Shown piece after piece: positions 1 to 12,244 of a stretch of 64,000 nucleotides of DNA. Each line of letters opens with the position of its first letter. Position 1 is the stretch's first letter. The position numbers and the translations under genes are program-made. Origin of the DNA: Candidatus Eiseniibacteriota bacterium (GTDB lineage: Bacteria > Eisenbacteria > RBG-16-71-46). Under the pieces are notes generated by a model that worked only from the letters and a program-made list of their open reading frames with translations, was not told the origin of the DNA and made no database searches. Where the stretch lies: the NCBI GenBank assembly GCA_963707915.1, contig OY970178.1:416001-480000 (forward strand), in the 5' to 3' direction.

Positions 1-773
1 ATGGACAGCGATCCCAGGTCGAACCCGGTGACCGGGAAGCTGACCGGGGCGGCTTCGCCGGCGGCGCCGGCCGCGTAGAGCAGAGGCAGGTAGTGGTCGG
101 GCGTCGGGTGGGACATCCGGCCGTTCTCGTCGTCGAGGGCGCGTGCCAGGAAGGCGTGGTCGTGCGTCTCGAGCGCGCGGGCGATCGTGGCGTCGAAGGC
201 GCTCGCCCACGCGGGCGTCGAGTGGTCGCCGCGCGCGTGGCTGCGCATCGCGTGGCCGAGGTTGTGCACGAGGTTGCCGCTGCCCATCACCAGCACGCCC
301 TCGTCGCGCAGCGGCGCGAGCGCGCGCCCGAGCGCGAGGTGCGCCGCGGCCGGCAACCCGTCGTGGACGCTGAGCTGCACCACCGGGACGTCCGCCGCGG
401 GGCGCAGGTGGAGGAGCACGGACCAGGTGCCGTGGTCGATCCCCCACTCGGTGCTGGGCGCCACGTGCGCCGGGCCGACGAGTTCCACGATCCGGCGCGC
501 CAGCCCGGGGTCGCCCGGTGCCGGGTACTGCACCGCGTAGAGCGCGGGCGGGAACCCGCCGAAATCGTGGATGGTCTCGGGGCGCTCGTTCGCTCCGACC
601 CAGGTCCCCGGCACGAACCAGTGCGCCGAGACGCAGAGGATCGCCTTCGGCGGGGGCAGCCGCCCGGCCAGCGCGCGGAAGGCCCGGCTCCACTCGTTGT
701 CCTCGATGGCGTTCATCGGCGAGCCGTGGCCGACGAACAGCACCGGCATGCGGGGCGGCGGGCCGGACGTCAC
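1..773 (-). CDS. ygiD: 4,5-DOPA extradiol dioxygenase (LigB family); 3' end runs off the window
   Basis: Manual translation gives MPVLFVGHGSPMNAIEDNEW...HPTPDHYLPLLY...GSLSM. Start is GTG 773 (overlaps the upstream TGA) or ATG 749. Not in the ORF track. Confidence 0.9.
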   Translation of the reverse strand, partial: MTSGPPPRMPVLFVGHGSPMNAIEDNEWSRAFRALAGRLPPPKAILCVSAHWFVPGTWVGANERPETIHDFGGFPPALYAVQYPAPGDPGLARRIVELVGPAHVAPSTEWGIDHGTWSVLLHLRPAADVPVVQLSVHDGLPAAAHLALGRALAPLRDEGVLVMGSGNLVHNLGHAMRSHARGDHSTPAWASAFDATIARALETHDHAFLARALDDENGRMSHPTPDHYLPLLYAAGAAGEAAPVSFPVTGFDLGSLS

Positions 774-1330
774 GAGACGGCCCCGGGCGTCGGGCGGGGG
801 TCCGCGAGCGCCGCGCGTCGGCCCACGAACGCGAAGACCAGCAGGATGCCGCCGGTCAGCCAGCCCCCCGCGCTGAACGGGGCGCGCACGTAGAGCCCGA
901 GCGCGAGGCCGAGCGTGACCAGCAGGCCGCAGAGGACGGCGAACTGGCGCATGCCGTACAGGAACACGAACGGCAGGTAGTGCGCCCCGAGCAGGATCAT
1001 GAACGATGGATAGAACCAGTCCGCGCGGTGCAGCGTCGCCGCACCCACCAACGGCAGCCCGAGCGGGAGCGTGAAGGCGACCTGCATGGCGAGACCGTTG
1101 AACGGATGGCCCGGCGGGAGCGAGGCGGGGCGTCGCATCGCGCGCAACACGGCCTGCGTCAGCGGGAAGATGAAGAAGCCGCCGACCACCAGGGCCAGGA
1201 TGGCCTGGCGCGGCGAGCCCCAGGTCCCCAGCGCCGCGGACAGCAGCCAGAGCGCGCCGGAGACGAGCTGCCCGGCGAATCCCCCCAGGAAGGTCGAACG
1301 GACGTCGCGCTGCGCATCACGGACCAGCAT
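770..1330 (-). CDS. Small multi-pass membrane protein (DUF7010-like)
   Basis: 186 aa, about 6 hydrophobic segments, GAHYLPF motif, GAGGAGG RBS. Confidence 0.7.
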   Translation of the reverse strand: MLVRDAQRDVRSTFLGGFAGQLVSGALWLLSAALGTWGSPRQAILALVVGGFFIFPLTQAVLRAMRRPASLPPGHPFNGLAMQVAFTLPLGLPLVGAATLHRADWFYPSFMILLGAHYLPFVFLYGMRQFAVLCGLLVTLGLALGLYVRAPFSAGGWLTGGILLVFAFVGRRAALADPRPTPGAVS

Positions 1331-1486
1331 GGCTTCCTCCTCCTCGGGGCCGCCGCCATCCTACCGCAGGATGCCCGGCATGGCGGATGCGGGGGGCCGA
1401 CCGGGGTCGGGTGATTCCCGGCCTGGCCCCGCGCATCGTACCCGAGGATGCCGCGCCCCAGGGATCCTGGAAGGGGCATCGTCGCG

Positions 1487-4336
1487 CTACCGGGCCGGCG
1501 ATCCCGCCTCGGGCAGCAGCGTGATGACCGTGTAGCGGTCGAGCGGGAAGTACTTGCGGAAGGTCTCCCGCAGATCCGCCGTCGTCAGCCGGTCGATGCG
1601 CTCGCGGCGGCTGGCGATGCGGCGCGGGTCCCAGCCGAGCCGGTTCACGACCTGCAGAGCACCCAGCCAGTAGCCATTCTCCCGCAACGAGGTCTCCAGC
1701 TCGCGGCGCTGGATCTCCTGCTCGCGCTTCAGGTCGGCGTCCGATGGTCCGGCGTCGCGCAGCTGCCGCACCTCCTCCAGCGCCGTAGCCACCATGGAAT
1801 CCACCCGTGCGGGGTCGCAACCGAACTCGATCGACATCGTGGCGTACCCGGGCAGTGGACTGAGGTAGGAGAACGAGGCCGCGGCGCTGTAGGTGCCGCC
1901 GAGCAGCTCGCGAAGCGACTGGCGCAGGTGCTCGGTGAGGATCGAGGCGCACGAGCGCGCGCGGTGCAGGTCCAGTTCCTCGAGACCGTCGTTGATGAAG
2001 AAGGTGATCCTCGTGCTGCTCTGCGGCTCGACGCCCTTGTGCACCGCGACCTGTCGCACCCCGGCGGGGTAGCGCGGTCCCCGGGCCACGTACGCCGACG
2101 TGCGGCGGCCCGTCGAGGGCAGCGAGGCCAGGTATCGTTCGATCAGCGGCGCCACCGAATCCACCTGGAACGAGCCGACCATGAAGAACGTAAAGTCCGC
2201 GGCGTTGGCGAAGAGCCGGCGGTGGAAGGCGAGCGCGTCCTCCAGCCGGACCGCGTCCAGCTCGGCCACGGTCGGGACCCGATCGAGGTAGAAGCCGCCA
2301 CTGTTCACGGCGATCAGCGTGTCCTCGAACGCCGCGTCCGGGCTGTTCGCGCGCTGGAGCAGGAAGCCGTGGAAGCCCCGTTGCATGGAGATGAACGAGG
2401 CGGAATCCGAGGTGAGATGCGTGAACTCCAGGTGGGCGAGCTGCAGGGCGGTCTCGAGGTCCGCCGGACGCGCCGCGCCCGACAGGCCGTGCACATAGGC
2501 CTCCATGTTTGTCCCCGCGCTCGCGATGCGTCCGGCGAGCAGCTTCTGCACATCGGTCGAGGTGAAGCCGCCGACGCCGCAGCGCCCCACGACGACGGAC
2601 GAGAGGCCGGCGGTGAGGACGGCGGCGGAATCGGCGAGCGAGGTTCCGCCCGGGGCCTCGGCGCTGAAGACGATCTCGTCGGCCTTGAAGTCGGTGGGCT
2701 TGAGCCACACCTCGACCCCGTTCGACAGGGTGAGCACCGTGACGCCGATTTCGTCGAGCGACCGGCGCGAGACGATGCGGCCCGGCGCGGGCAGCGTCTT
2801 CATCAGCACGCTGCCGGCGATGTCGTCCCGCCACGCGGCGAGTGGCCGCTGGCCGGTGCGGGCGGCGAGCGCGCGCAATGTCGCCTCGGCGGGCACGGCC
2901 ACGCCCGGCTTCTCGGGCGAAGAGGCCAGCACGACCCGCCCCTCATCGGGCATCAGCGTGGCGCTGAGCGCGTTGACCTCGTCGAGCGTGATGCCGCCGA
3001 TCAGGGCCTGGGTGATCGTGTGCCGGGCCTCGATCCCCGGCACGGGAACCCCGTTCAAGAAGCCTCTCACGTAGGCTCCGGCGAAGCCCGGGCTCTCGCT
3101 CTTGTCGCGTTCCGCCCAGGCGCGCTCGTCCGCCGCGCGCTGGCTCTCCCGGGCGCGCTCGAGCTCGCTGGCGAGGAACCCGTGCTGGCGGACGCGCGCC
3201 GTCTCCTCGAGGAGCACCGCGAGGCCCTTCTCGATGCCGCCATCCTGCACGGTCGCATACACCAGCCACCCCTCGATCGTGCGGCCGAGCGCGGTGCTGG
3301 ACGCGCCCGCCCACATGATGGGCGAATCCGCCCGGCGCGAGACCTCCGCCAGCCGGGCATTGAGCATCGCCGCATAGAGCCCCACGGCCAGGTCGTTCCG
3401 GAAGTCCGCCACCGTGCGCGTCAGCTCGAGCGGTCGCTTGAAGTACAGCGTGACGTTGGACAGGGTCAGTTCCTTGTCGGTCGCCACCGACACCAGCGTC
3501 TCGCGGTGGAGCGGGATGTCGAAGCGCGGACGGGCCAGCGTGCGGGCCGGCCGCTTCAAGCCGGCGAAGTGCACGTGCAGCAGGCTGTCCATGCGCGCCG
3601 GGTCGACGTCACCCACGATCACGACGGCCATCCGGTCAGGCGTGTACCAGGTGCGGTAGAAGTCGCGAAGCCGCGCCGCTGGAGCGTGCTCGATGATCTC
3701 GGGCCGGCCGATCGGCAGCCGGTCGGCGTAGCGCGAACCGTGATAGAGCACCGGATACTGCTTGCGGGAAACGCGCTCCTCGGCGCCGCGACCGAGACGC
3801 CACTCCTCGAGCACGACGCCCCGCTCCTTCTGGATCTCCGCGTCGGCGAACGTCGCGCGCCCGGCGAAGTCCGCCAGGGCCATCAGGCCGCGGTCCAGCA
3901 GCGTGTCGCGATCGGTGGGTACCTCGAGGCGGTAGACCGTCTCGTCGAACGAGGTGTAGGCGTTCGCATCCGATCCGAAACGCAATCCGATCGCCTCGAG
4001 GTAGGCGATCATCTCCTCGGGCTTGAAATGCTCGGAGCCATTGAAGTCCATGTGCTCGGCGAAATGCGCGAGGCCGCGCTGGTCGTCGCGCTCCGCGGTG
4101 GAGCCCGCGGCGATCGCGAGCCGCAGGGAGACCCGGGCCGCGGGCCGGTCGTTGTGGCGGATGTAGTAGCGCAGTCCGTTGTCGAGCGTCCCGGTTCGCA
4201 CCGCCGGGTCGAAGCGCAGCGAGTCGCCGAGGGCGGGGACGGCCGCGGCGGCCGGGGTCGCATCTGCGGCGCAACCGAGCGCGACGACAGCGGCGAGGGC
4301 GAGGACACGGAGCGGGCGCGGCGGTCGGTTCGTCAC
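1487..4336 (-). CDS. pqqL: M16 family zinc protease (PqqL-like), exported
   Basis: Inverted zinc motif HFAEH, LDNGLRYYI, NAYTSFDETVY. GTG start at 4336 with GGAGG RBS, then a signal peptide. Confidence 0.85.
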   Translation of the reverse strand: MTNRPPRPLRVLALAAVVALGCAADATPAAAAVPALGDSLRFDPAVRTGTLDNGLRYYIRHNDRPAARVSLRLAIAAGSTAERDDQRGLAHFAEHMDFNGSEHFKPEEMIAYLEAIGLRFGSDANAYTSFDETVYRLEVPTDRDTLLDRGLMALADFAGRATFADAEIQKERGVVLEEWRLGRGAEERVSRKQYPVLYHGSRYADRLPIGRPEIIEHAPAARLRDFYRTWYTPDRMAVVIVGDVDPARMDSLLHVHFAGLKRPARTLARPRFDIPLHRETLVSVATDKELTLSNVTLYFKRPLELTRTVADFRNDLAVGLYAAMLNARLAEVSRRADSPIMWAGASSTALGRTIEGWLVYATVQDGGIEKGLAVLLEETARVRQHGFLASELERARESQRAADERAWAERDKSESPGFAGAYVRGFLNGVPVPGIEARHTITQALIGGITLDEVNALSATLMPDEGRVVLASSPEKPGVAVPAEATLRALAARTGQRPLAAWRDDIAGSVLMKTLPAPGRIVSRRSLDEIGVTVLTLSNGVEVWLKPTDFKADEIVFSAEAPGGTSLADSAAVLTAGLSSVVVGRCGVGGFTSTDVQKLLAGRIASAGTNMEAYVHGLSGAARPADLETALQLAHLEFTHLTSDSASFISMQRGFHGFLLQRANSPDAAFEDTLIAVNSGGFYLDRVPTVAELDAVRLEDALAFHRRLFANAADFTFFMVGSFQVDSVAPLIERYLASLPSTGRRTSAYVARGPRYPAGVRQVAVHKGVEPQSSTRITFFINDGLEELDLHRARSCASILTEHLRQSLRELLGGTYSAAASFSYLSPLPGYATMSIEFGCDPARVDSMVATALEEVRQLRDAGPSDADLKREQEIQRRELETSLRENGYWLGALQVVNRLGWDPRRIASRRERIDRLTTADLRETFRKYFPLDRYTVITLLPEAGSPAR

Positions 4337-4650
4337 GGGGGCCTCCTGGCGAATGCCGGTATCTCGGCGACCGGCGGGGGCGATCGGTGGCCCCGGCGCT
4401 GGCGGCCCCATCCTATCACCGTCGGCGCTCCGGCCGCCGCGGCCGCGGATCGGGCGCGAGGCACGAGACGGCCGAACAATGTTCGGCGGGGCGGGAGCTG
4501 CTCCGGCCCGGTCGCGGGGGCTGCCGCCCTCGCCCGGGGCGGCCCCGCCCGCGTGCGCGGAGGGGCCCCTTTCCGCTATCTTCTCCCGACGTAGTCAGCA
4601 CCTGCGTATCCGCGGCCGATTGGCATCTTGGGAACCAAGGAGAGTCGACG

Positions 4651-6046
4651 ATGCCCAGCGTGGAAGAGAAGCCCAAGCCGTTCCTGGTACCCGAGTACTG
4701 CAAGGGTTGCGGCCGGTGCGTGAACGTGTGCACCAAGGGCTGCATCGCCTTCTCCGACGAGATCAATCCCGTTACGGGACTCGTTCCGATCGTGCTGGAC
4801 CTGGCGAACTGCACGGGCTGCGGCCTCTGCATCGACGCCTGTCCGGAGCCCTACGGCCTGCGCGCCATGGAGCAGGGCGAGAACTACGAGCTGCTGGATC
4901 CCGCGAAGCTGTTCGGGGCCAAGCCCGAGCCCGTCGCCGCGCCGGTCGACATCCCCGCCCGCCGGATCCCCCTGCCGAAGACCCAGCCGCTCATCATCAA
5001 GGGCAACTACGCGGCCGCCGTGGGCTCGCTGCTGGCCGGCTGCCGCCACTTCTACGGTTATCCCATCACCCCCTCCACCGAGGGCGCGGAACTGATGGCC
5101 AAGCTGCTGCCCAAGCTGAACGGCGTCTTCCTGCAGGCGGTCTCCGAGGTCGCCACCGTGAACCACATGTACGGGACCGGCGGCGCCGGGCTCGGCTCCC
5201 TGACGTTCACCTCCGGCCCCGGCTTCTCGCTGATGCTGGAGGGGATCTCCTACATGGTGGGCTCCGAGCTGCCGGGCGTGTTCGTGAACGTCATGCGCGG
5301 CGGGCCGGGCCTCGGGAACATCGCTCCCGAGCAGTCCGACGTGAAGCTGGCCTGTCACGGCCTGGGTCACGGGCACACGCAGTGCATCACGCTGATGCCC
5401 AGCACGCCGCAGGAGATGCTGGACTACGCCATCCTGGCGTTCGAACTCAGCTTCAAGTACCGGAACCCGGTCGTGATCCTGGCCGACGGCTACCTCGGCC
5501 AGATGACCGGCAAGGTCCAGCTCCCCGACTACATGGTGAAGCCGGGGATCCCCGCGTGGGCGGTCTACGGCGACAAGGGCCACCGCGGCAACCTGGTCTC
5601 CTCCATCCAGCTCCTCGAGCTGGACCTGGAGAAGTTCAACACGCACCTCGAGGAGAAGTACCAGTCCATGAAGGCGGAGGCCCGGGCCGAGTCCTACATG
5701 ACCGATGACGCCGAGGTGCTGCTGGTGGCCTGCAACACGCCCGCCCGCGCCGCCAAGGGCGCGGTGAAGAGCCTGCGCGACGCGGGCGTGAAGGCGGGGT
5801 TGTTCCGCCCGATCACGATCTGGCCCTTCCCGGTCGCAGCAGCTCGAGGCGCTGCTCCCCAGGATCCGGCGCATCGTCGTGGTCGAGGCCAACGCGGGCG
5901 GCCAGATCATGGACGAGCTGCGGCTGAGCATGAGCAAGGCGGGCGTGGAGAAGCTGCCCCCCCTCACGCACGTGCGACGGTTCGGCGGGATGCTGCCCCA
6001 GCAGACCGAGATCGTCGACCACGTCCACTCCATCCTCGGCAAGTAG
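4651..6046 (+). CDS. 2-oxoacid:ferredoxin oxidoreductase, ferredoxin (delta)-alpha fusion; apparent +1 frameshift near 5836
   Basis: Two CxxCxxCxxxC motifs, then YGYPITPSTE and TSGPG. After WPFPV the conserved C-terminus (RIVVVEAN...GGMLP...GK*) continues in another frame to TAG 6046. Confidence 0.85.
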
Positions 6047-6056
6047 GGAGGCACTC

Positions 6057-7490
<1,434 letters not shown>

Positions 7491-7504
7491 CCGCTTCACC
7501 GTCG

Positions 7505-7534
7505 ACGAGGGCCCGGCGCACGCCGGGCCTTCGT
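7505..7534 (+). terminator. GC-rich hairpin after the oxidoreductase operon
   Basis: ACGAGGGCCCGGCG-CA-CGCCGGGCCTTCGT stem; no clear U tract. Confidence 0.5.
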
Positions 7535-7636
7535 GTCGGGGCGAGGAGTGAACGCTTCGTCCCGGTCGGCGGTTGTCCTATCATCGTCGGGCAGAGGTTC
7601 CGTCGGCTCCGACCCCGCACCCGGAGAATCCCGCCC

Positions 7637-9454
7637 ATGCTGCACTCCCGCCATCGCCTCGCCCGGGTCTTCCCGCTGCTCGCCCTCGCCACCCTCGCTC
7701 TCGCCCCCGCGGCCTCGGCCGCGAGCCTCGGGATGGAGAAGATCGACCCCTGGGTGGTCCAGCGCGCGGCCGCCGAAGGGCAGGCGGAGTTCATCGTGGT
7801 GCTGGGGGAACAGGCCGACCTGTCGCCGGCGGCGCGGCTGGCGGACAAGGCGGCGAAGGCCCGCTTCGTGCGTGACGCCCTGTACGCCAAGGCGCAGGCC
7901 ACCCAGGCCCCGCTGCTGGCGACGCTGCGCGCACAGGGGGCGGCGGTCCGCCCGTTCTTCATCGTCAACGCGGTGCTGGTGACGGGACCGCTGGCGCTGG
8001 CGCAGGCCGTCGCGGCCCGGTCCGACGTTGCGCGCATCGACGGCAACCCGGAGCTGCCCGCGCTCCAGCCGGTCGAGCTCACGCTCGAGGAGGTCGAAGC
8101 GGCGGCGCGGAGCGCGATGGCCCCGCAGGCGATCGAGGCGGGGGTCAGCGCCATCCGCGCGCCCGAGGTCTGGGCGCTGGGCTCGACCGGGCAGGGGATC
8201 GTCATCGGCGGCGCGGACACCGGGGTGAAGTGGGACCACGCGGCCCTGGTCGACCACTACCGCGGCTGGAACGGCGTCTCCGCGGACCACGACTACAACT
8301 GGCACGACAGCGTGCACAGCGGCGGCGGGGTCTGCGGTCCCGACTCGCCGTTCCCGTGCGACGACCATGGCCACGGCACGCACACCATCGGCACCGCGGT
8401 CGGTGCGGATGCGAGCGGCGTCAACCAGATCGGCGTGGCGCCCGGGGCGAAGTTCATCGCCTGCCGGAACATGGGGCAGGGGGTCGGAACGCCGGCGCGC
8501 TACCTCGAGTGCATGGAGTGGTTCCTCGCGCCCTACCCGGTCGGCGGGACCCCGGCCGAAGGCGACCCGTCCCGGGCCCCGGACATCACCACCAACTCGT
8601 GGGGGTGCACGGCCTCCGAGGGCTGCGGCCCGGCGACGCTGCAGATGGCGGTCGAAGCGCAGCGGGCCGCCGGGATCCTGTTCGTCGCCGCAGCCGGGAA
8701 CGGCGGGCCGGGCTGCAGCACGGTCTCCGAGCCCGCGGCCATCTACGACGCCGCCTACTCGGTCGGGGCCTACAGCGCCGGCACCGGGACCGTCGCGTCG
8801 TTCAGCAGCCGCGGACCCGTGACGGTGGACGGCAGCAACCGGCTCAAGCCCGACATCGCGGCGCCGGGCGTTTCGGTGCGCTCAGCCTACGTGACGGGCG
8901 GCTACTCGGTGATGAGTGGCACGTCGATGGCGGCTCCGCACGTGGCGGGGGCGATCGCGCTGCTGTGGTCGGCCCGCCCGGGGATGCGCAACGACATCGA
9001 GGAGACCGAGTACATCCTCGACCAGTCGGCCGTGCCGGTGAGCTCGACGCTCTGCAGCAGCGCGGGCGTCCCCAACAACACCTACGGCTGGGGCCGGCTC
9101 GACATCAAGGCGGCGGTCGACCTCGGCTCGACGGTGGCCGTGGAGCCGGGCCTGCCGGACTCGCCGGTCTCCGGCGGCATCTCGCTGGCCCCCGCCTCCC
9201 CGAACCCGGCGCGCCGGTCGACCGCGATCCGCTTCCAGTTGCCGCGCGACGGGTCGATCGATCTCGCGGTGTTCTCGAGCGGCGGTCGGCGAGTGCGCAC
9301 GCTCGCAGCGGGGACGGTCCCGGCGGGCGAGCACGCCTTCCGCTGGGACGGCAGCGACGCGCGCGGCGTGACCGCGCCGCCCGGCGTCTACCACGTGCGG
9401 CTCCGCGTCGGGGACGAGGGCGTGACCCGCAAGGTGATCTGGCTCGGCCCCTAG
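7637..9454 (+). CDS. Secreted S8 subtilase with C-terminal FlgD-Ig/T9SS-type domain
   Basis: Signal peptide; triad motifs ADTGV, HGHGTHTIG, GTSMAAP; C-terminal SPNP...GRRVRTL...WDG...PGVY. Confidence 0.9.
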   Translation: MLHSRHRLARVFPLLALATLALAPAASAASLGMEKIDPWVVQRAAAEGQAEFIVVLGEQADLSPAARLADKAAKARFVRDALYAKAQATQAPLLATLRAQGAAVRPFFIVNAVLVTGPLALAQAVAARSDVARIDGNPELPALQPVELTLEEVEAAARSAMAPQAIEAGVSAIRAPEVWALGSTGQGIVIGGADTGVKWDHAALVDHYRGWNGVSADHDYNWHDSVHSGGGVCGPDSPFPCDDHGHGTHTIGTAVGADASGVNQIGVAPGAKFIACRNMGQGVGTPARYLECMEWFLAPYPVGGTPAEGDPSRAPDITTNSWGCTASEGCGPATLQMAVEAQRAAGILFVAAAGNGGPGCSTVSEPAAIYDAAYSVGAYSAGTGTVASFSSRGPVTVDGSNRLKPDIAAPGVSVRSAYVTGGYSVMSGTSMAAPHVAGAIALLWSARPGMRNDIEETEYILDQSAVPVSSTLCSSAGVPNNTYGWGRLDIKAAVDLGSTVAVEPGLPDSPVSGGISLAPASPNPARRSTAIRFQLPRDGSIDLAVFSSGGRRVRTLAAGTVPAGEHAFRWDGSDARGVTAPPGVYHVRLRVGDEGVTRKVIWLGP

Positions 9455-9843
9455 GCCGGGGCGGGCAACGAAGCGGCGACGGCCCAGGGCCGAGCCGAGG
9501 CGCCGTGCGCCCGGCCCCGGGCCGTCGCCGTTTCGCCCGATCCGCCCGGACGCGCCGATCGAGCGGTCCGACCGGGCTCTTCCGCGGGTGGCGGGGGCCG
9601 TGAGCCGGCCGGGACCGGCAACGCTCCCGGCCCGTCTTCCGGGGTTGCAGCCTGCACGGTCGGGCGCCGTCCACCCCGGGCGCATGGCGGCGGTGCCTGT
9701 CCTTCCGGTCGCCGCCCGAAGTATCATCAACGGAACCATTCCACGCGAGTGCCGGCAGGAGCAGGACGCGGACCGACCGCAGCATCCGGGCGACGTCGGG
9801 CAGGTCCGGCCCGCACGGGCCGCGTGGGCCCACCCCGAAAGGC

Positions 9844-12066
9844 GTGCCCCCATCCGTGCGAAACCTCCCCGCGCTGTTCGTGGCCGCGATGTTCGCGGTG
9901 TCCGTCGCCGTGACCCCGGCCCGCCCGGGCGTCCTCCTCTCCGAGCTGTGCGATCCTGCGAGCAACTACACCACCGATCGCTTCATCGAGATCTACAACA
10001 CCGGCCCCGACGCGGTGGACCTCACGAGCTGGTCGGTGGTCGCGGTGGCGAACGGCGGGGACGGCACCACCTGGGCGCTCTCGGGCACCATCGCCCCGGG
10101 ACAGGCGAAGGTGCTGGGCTACACGACGCCGACGACCGCCTTCACCGTGAACTTCCCGAACGCCGCGTGGAACGCCAACAGCAGCTCGGGCGGCGCCTAC
10201 AACTGGAACGGCAAGGTCGGTGACGGCGCGAAGCTGAAGAACGCCGGCGGCACGGTGATCGACATCGTGGTGGCGACCGGGACGCTGTTCGAGAACTCGT
10301 CCCTGGCCCGCAACGCGAGCGTCACCAGCCCGAACTCCGTCTACACGCCCTCCGAGTGGACCGCGACCGCCGTGACGCTCGCCACCGACGCGACCCCGGG
10401 GTCGCACAACGGCTCGCAGGTCACCGCCGCGGGACCGAGGATCGCGAACCTCGTGACCGACCCCGCGGTCCCGGTGGCGGGGGCCGGGGTGGCGGTGCAG
10501 GCGAGCGTGGTGGACACCAGCGGCGCGATCGCGTCGGTGACGCTGTCCTGGGGCACGGCCCCGTCGTCCCTGCCCAACGCCATCGCGATGACGCTGCTGT
10601 CGGATTCCACCTACCGGACGAGCGCCGCGATCCCGGCGCAGTCCGCCGGGGCGACGGTCTACTACCAGGTGACGGCGGTGGGCGCATCGGCCAGCAGCAC
10701 CTCGTCGGTGCTGAGCTACACGCTCGGCGGCGGCGGGAGTGGGGCGCCGACCCTCCTCTGGGTGTACGAGACCAGCGACTCGACGCTGCTGGTCCAGTTC
10801 AGCGAGCCGGTGGAGGAGACCAGCGCCGAGACCCCGGGCAACTACACGGTGGGTGCGCTGGTCGGCGTCGACGCGGTGCGCGACCCGGCCCAGACCTCCC
10901 AGGTGCTGGTGACCGTCCGCGGCATCCCCGCGGGAACGCGCACGCTGGCCGTGAACGGCGTGGCCGACCTGACCGCCAGCGTGGCGTACGGTGCGACCTG
11001 CAGCTTCAACTACGTGGACGTGAGCATCCCGGCCGGCTATTACGCCGGCACCGCCGGACTCAAGGGCTCGGCGCTGCGCGTCGCGCTCCACAACATCATC
11101 AAGAACCACACGGTCCAGAGCTACGCGTACGCGCTCACGGCCTTCGGGACCACCGACGTCAAGCCGAACGGCAGGATCTGGGACATGTACTCCGACGTGC
11201 CGGGCGGCACGCCGCCCTACGAGTACGCCGTCGGCGGGACCGGGCAGGGCGGCTCCGAGGGGCTCGGCTACAACCGCGAGCACTCCTGGCCGCAGTCCTG
11301 GTTCAACGGCGTGTCGCCGCCGTACTCGGACCTGTGGGTCCTCTATCCGACCGACTCCTACGTGAACAACTACCGCGGGAACTACCCGTACGGCGAGGTC
11401 GCCGGCGCCACCTACACCTCGCTCAACGGCAGCCAGCTCGGATCGAGCGCCAGCGCCGGCTACTCCGGCACGGTGTTCGAGCCGATCGACGCCTTCAAGG
11501 GCGACCTCGCGCGCAGCACGTTCTACGTCTCGACGCGGTACTTCAACGAGGACGCCAGCTGGGCGAGCAGCGGGTCGGCCAACCGCGCCGAGTTGCTGGG
11601 CTGGGCGGTCGATCAGTACTCGGCCTGGAACACGGCCGACCCGGTGAGCTGGAAGGAGCGCATGCGCAACGGGGCGATCTACGTCATCCAGCACAACCGG
11701 AACCCCTTCGTCGACCATCCCGAGTACATCGCCATGATCTACGATTCGAGCTCGGTGGTCGGCGTGGGTGACGTCGCGGCGGCGAACGCGGTGCGCCTGC
11801 GTCCGAACCTGCCGAACCCGTTCGGCGCGCAGACCACCATCGCGTTCGACCTCGCCCGCCGGGAGCGCGTCACGCTCCGGATCTACGACGTCACCGGGCG
11901 CCTGGTCCGGACCCTGGCCGACGGCAGCGAGCTGGAGGCCGGCGGTCACCGGGTCGAGTGGAACGGGCGGGACGAGGGCGGCGCGCAGCTCGTGGCGGGG
12001 CTGTACTTCTGCCGGCTGGTCGCCGGCCCGGCGAGCGAGACCCGACGGATGGTGCTCGCGCGGTGA
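9844..12066 (+). CDS. Secreted endonuclease I family nuclease with lamin-tail-like N-terminus and FlgD-Ig C-terminus
   Basis: YNREHSWPQSWF, KGDLARSTFY, QHNRNPFVDHPE; C-terminal PNPF...IYDVTGRLVRTL...WNG...GLYF. Confidence 0.85.
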   Translation: MPPSVRNLPALFVAAMFAVSVAVTPARPGVLLSELCDPASNYTTDRFIEIYNTGPDAVDLTSWSVVAVANGGDGTTWALSGTIAPGQAKVLGYTTPTTAFTVNFPNAAWNANSSSGGAYNWNGKVGDGAKLKNAGGTVIDIVVATGTLFENSSLARNASVTSPNSVYTPSEWTATAVTLATDATPGSHNGSQVTAAGPRIANLVTDPAVPVAGAGVAVQASVVDTSGAIASVTLSWGTAPSSLPNAIAMTLLSDSTYRTSAAIPAQSAGATVYYQVTAVGASASSTSSVLSYTLGGGGSGAPTLLWVYETSDSTLLVQFSEPVEETSAETPGNYTVGALVGVDAVRDPAQTSQVLVTVRGIPAGTRTLAVNGVADLTASVAYGATCSFNYVDVSIPAGYYAGTAGLKGSALRVALHNIIKNHTVQSYAYALTAFGTTDVKPNGRIWDMYSDVPGGTPPYEYAVGGTGQGGSEGLGYNREHSWPQSWFNGVSPPYSDLWVLYPTDSYVNNYRGNYPYGEVAGATYTSLNGSQLGSSASAGYSGTVFEPIDAFKGDLARSTFYVSTRYFNEDASWASSGSANRAELLGWAVDQYSAWNTADPVSWKERMRNGAIYVIQHNRNPFVDHPEYIAMIYDSSSVVGVGDVAAANAVRLRPNLPNPFGAQTTIAFDLARRERVTLRIYDVTGRLVRTLADGSELEAGGHRVEWNGRDEGGAQLVAGLYFCRLVAGPASETRRMVLAR

Positions 12067-12107
12067 CCGGGAACGCCCCCGAATCGAGGCACGGCTGCTG
12101 ATCTCCT

Positions 12108-12133
12108 GGCGGCCACCCGCGCGGGTGGCCGCC
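12108..12133. repeat. 26-bp perfect palindrome (possible terminator or binding site)
   Basis: GGCGGCCACCCGCGCGGGTGGCCGCC, intergenic. Confidence 0.6.
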
Positions 12134-12244
12134 GCACTCCGGACGGTTCGTCGCGCGGTTGCGCCACGCGGTCCCATGCGCTAGAAGGAGGCGAGCGGTC
12201 GGCGACCGGTCGCCCGCGCGCCCCCTCTTCCCGAGCGAGGAGCC

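Noticed and set aside
9455..9843. Riboswitch or ncRNA in the long intergenic region
   Set aside because: Only generic GC-rich pairing and no family motif I can recognise; an Rfam scan is needed
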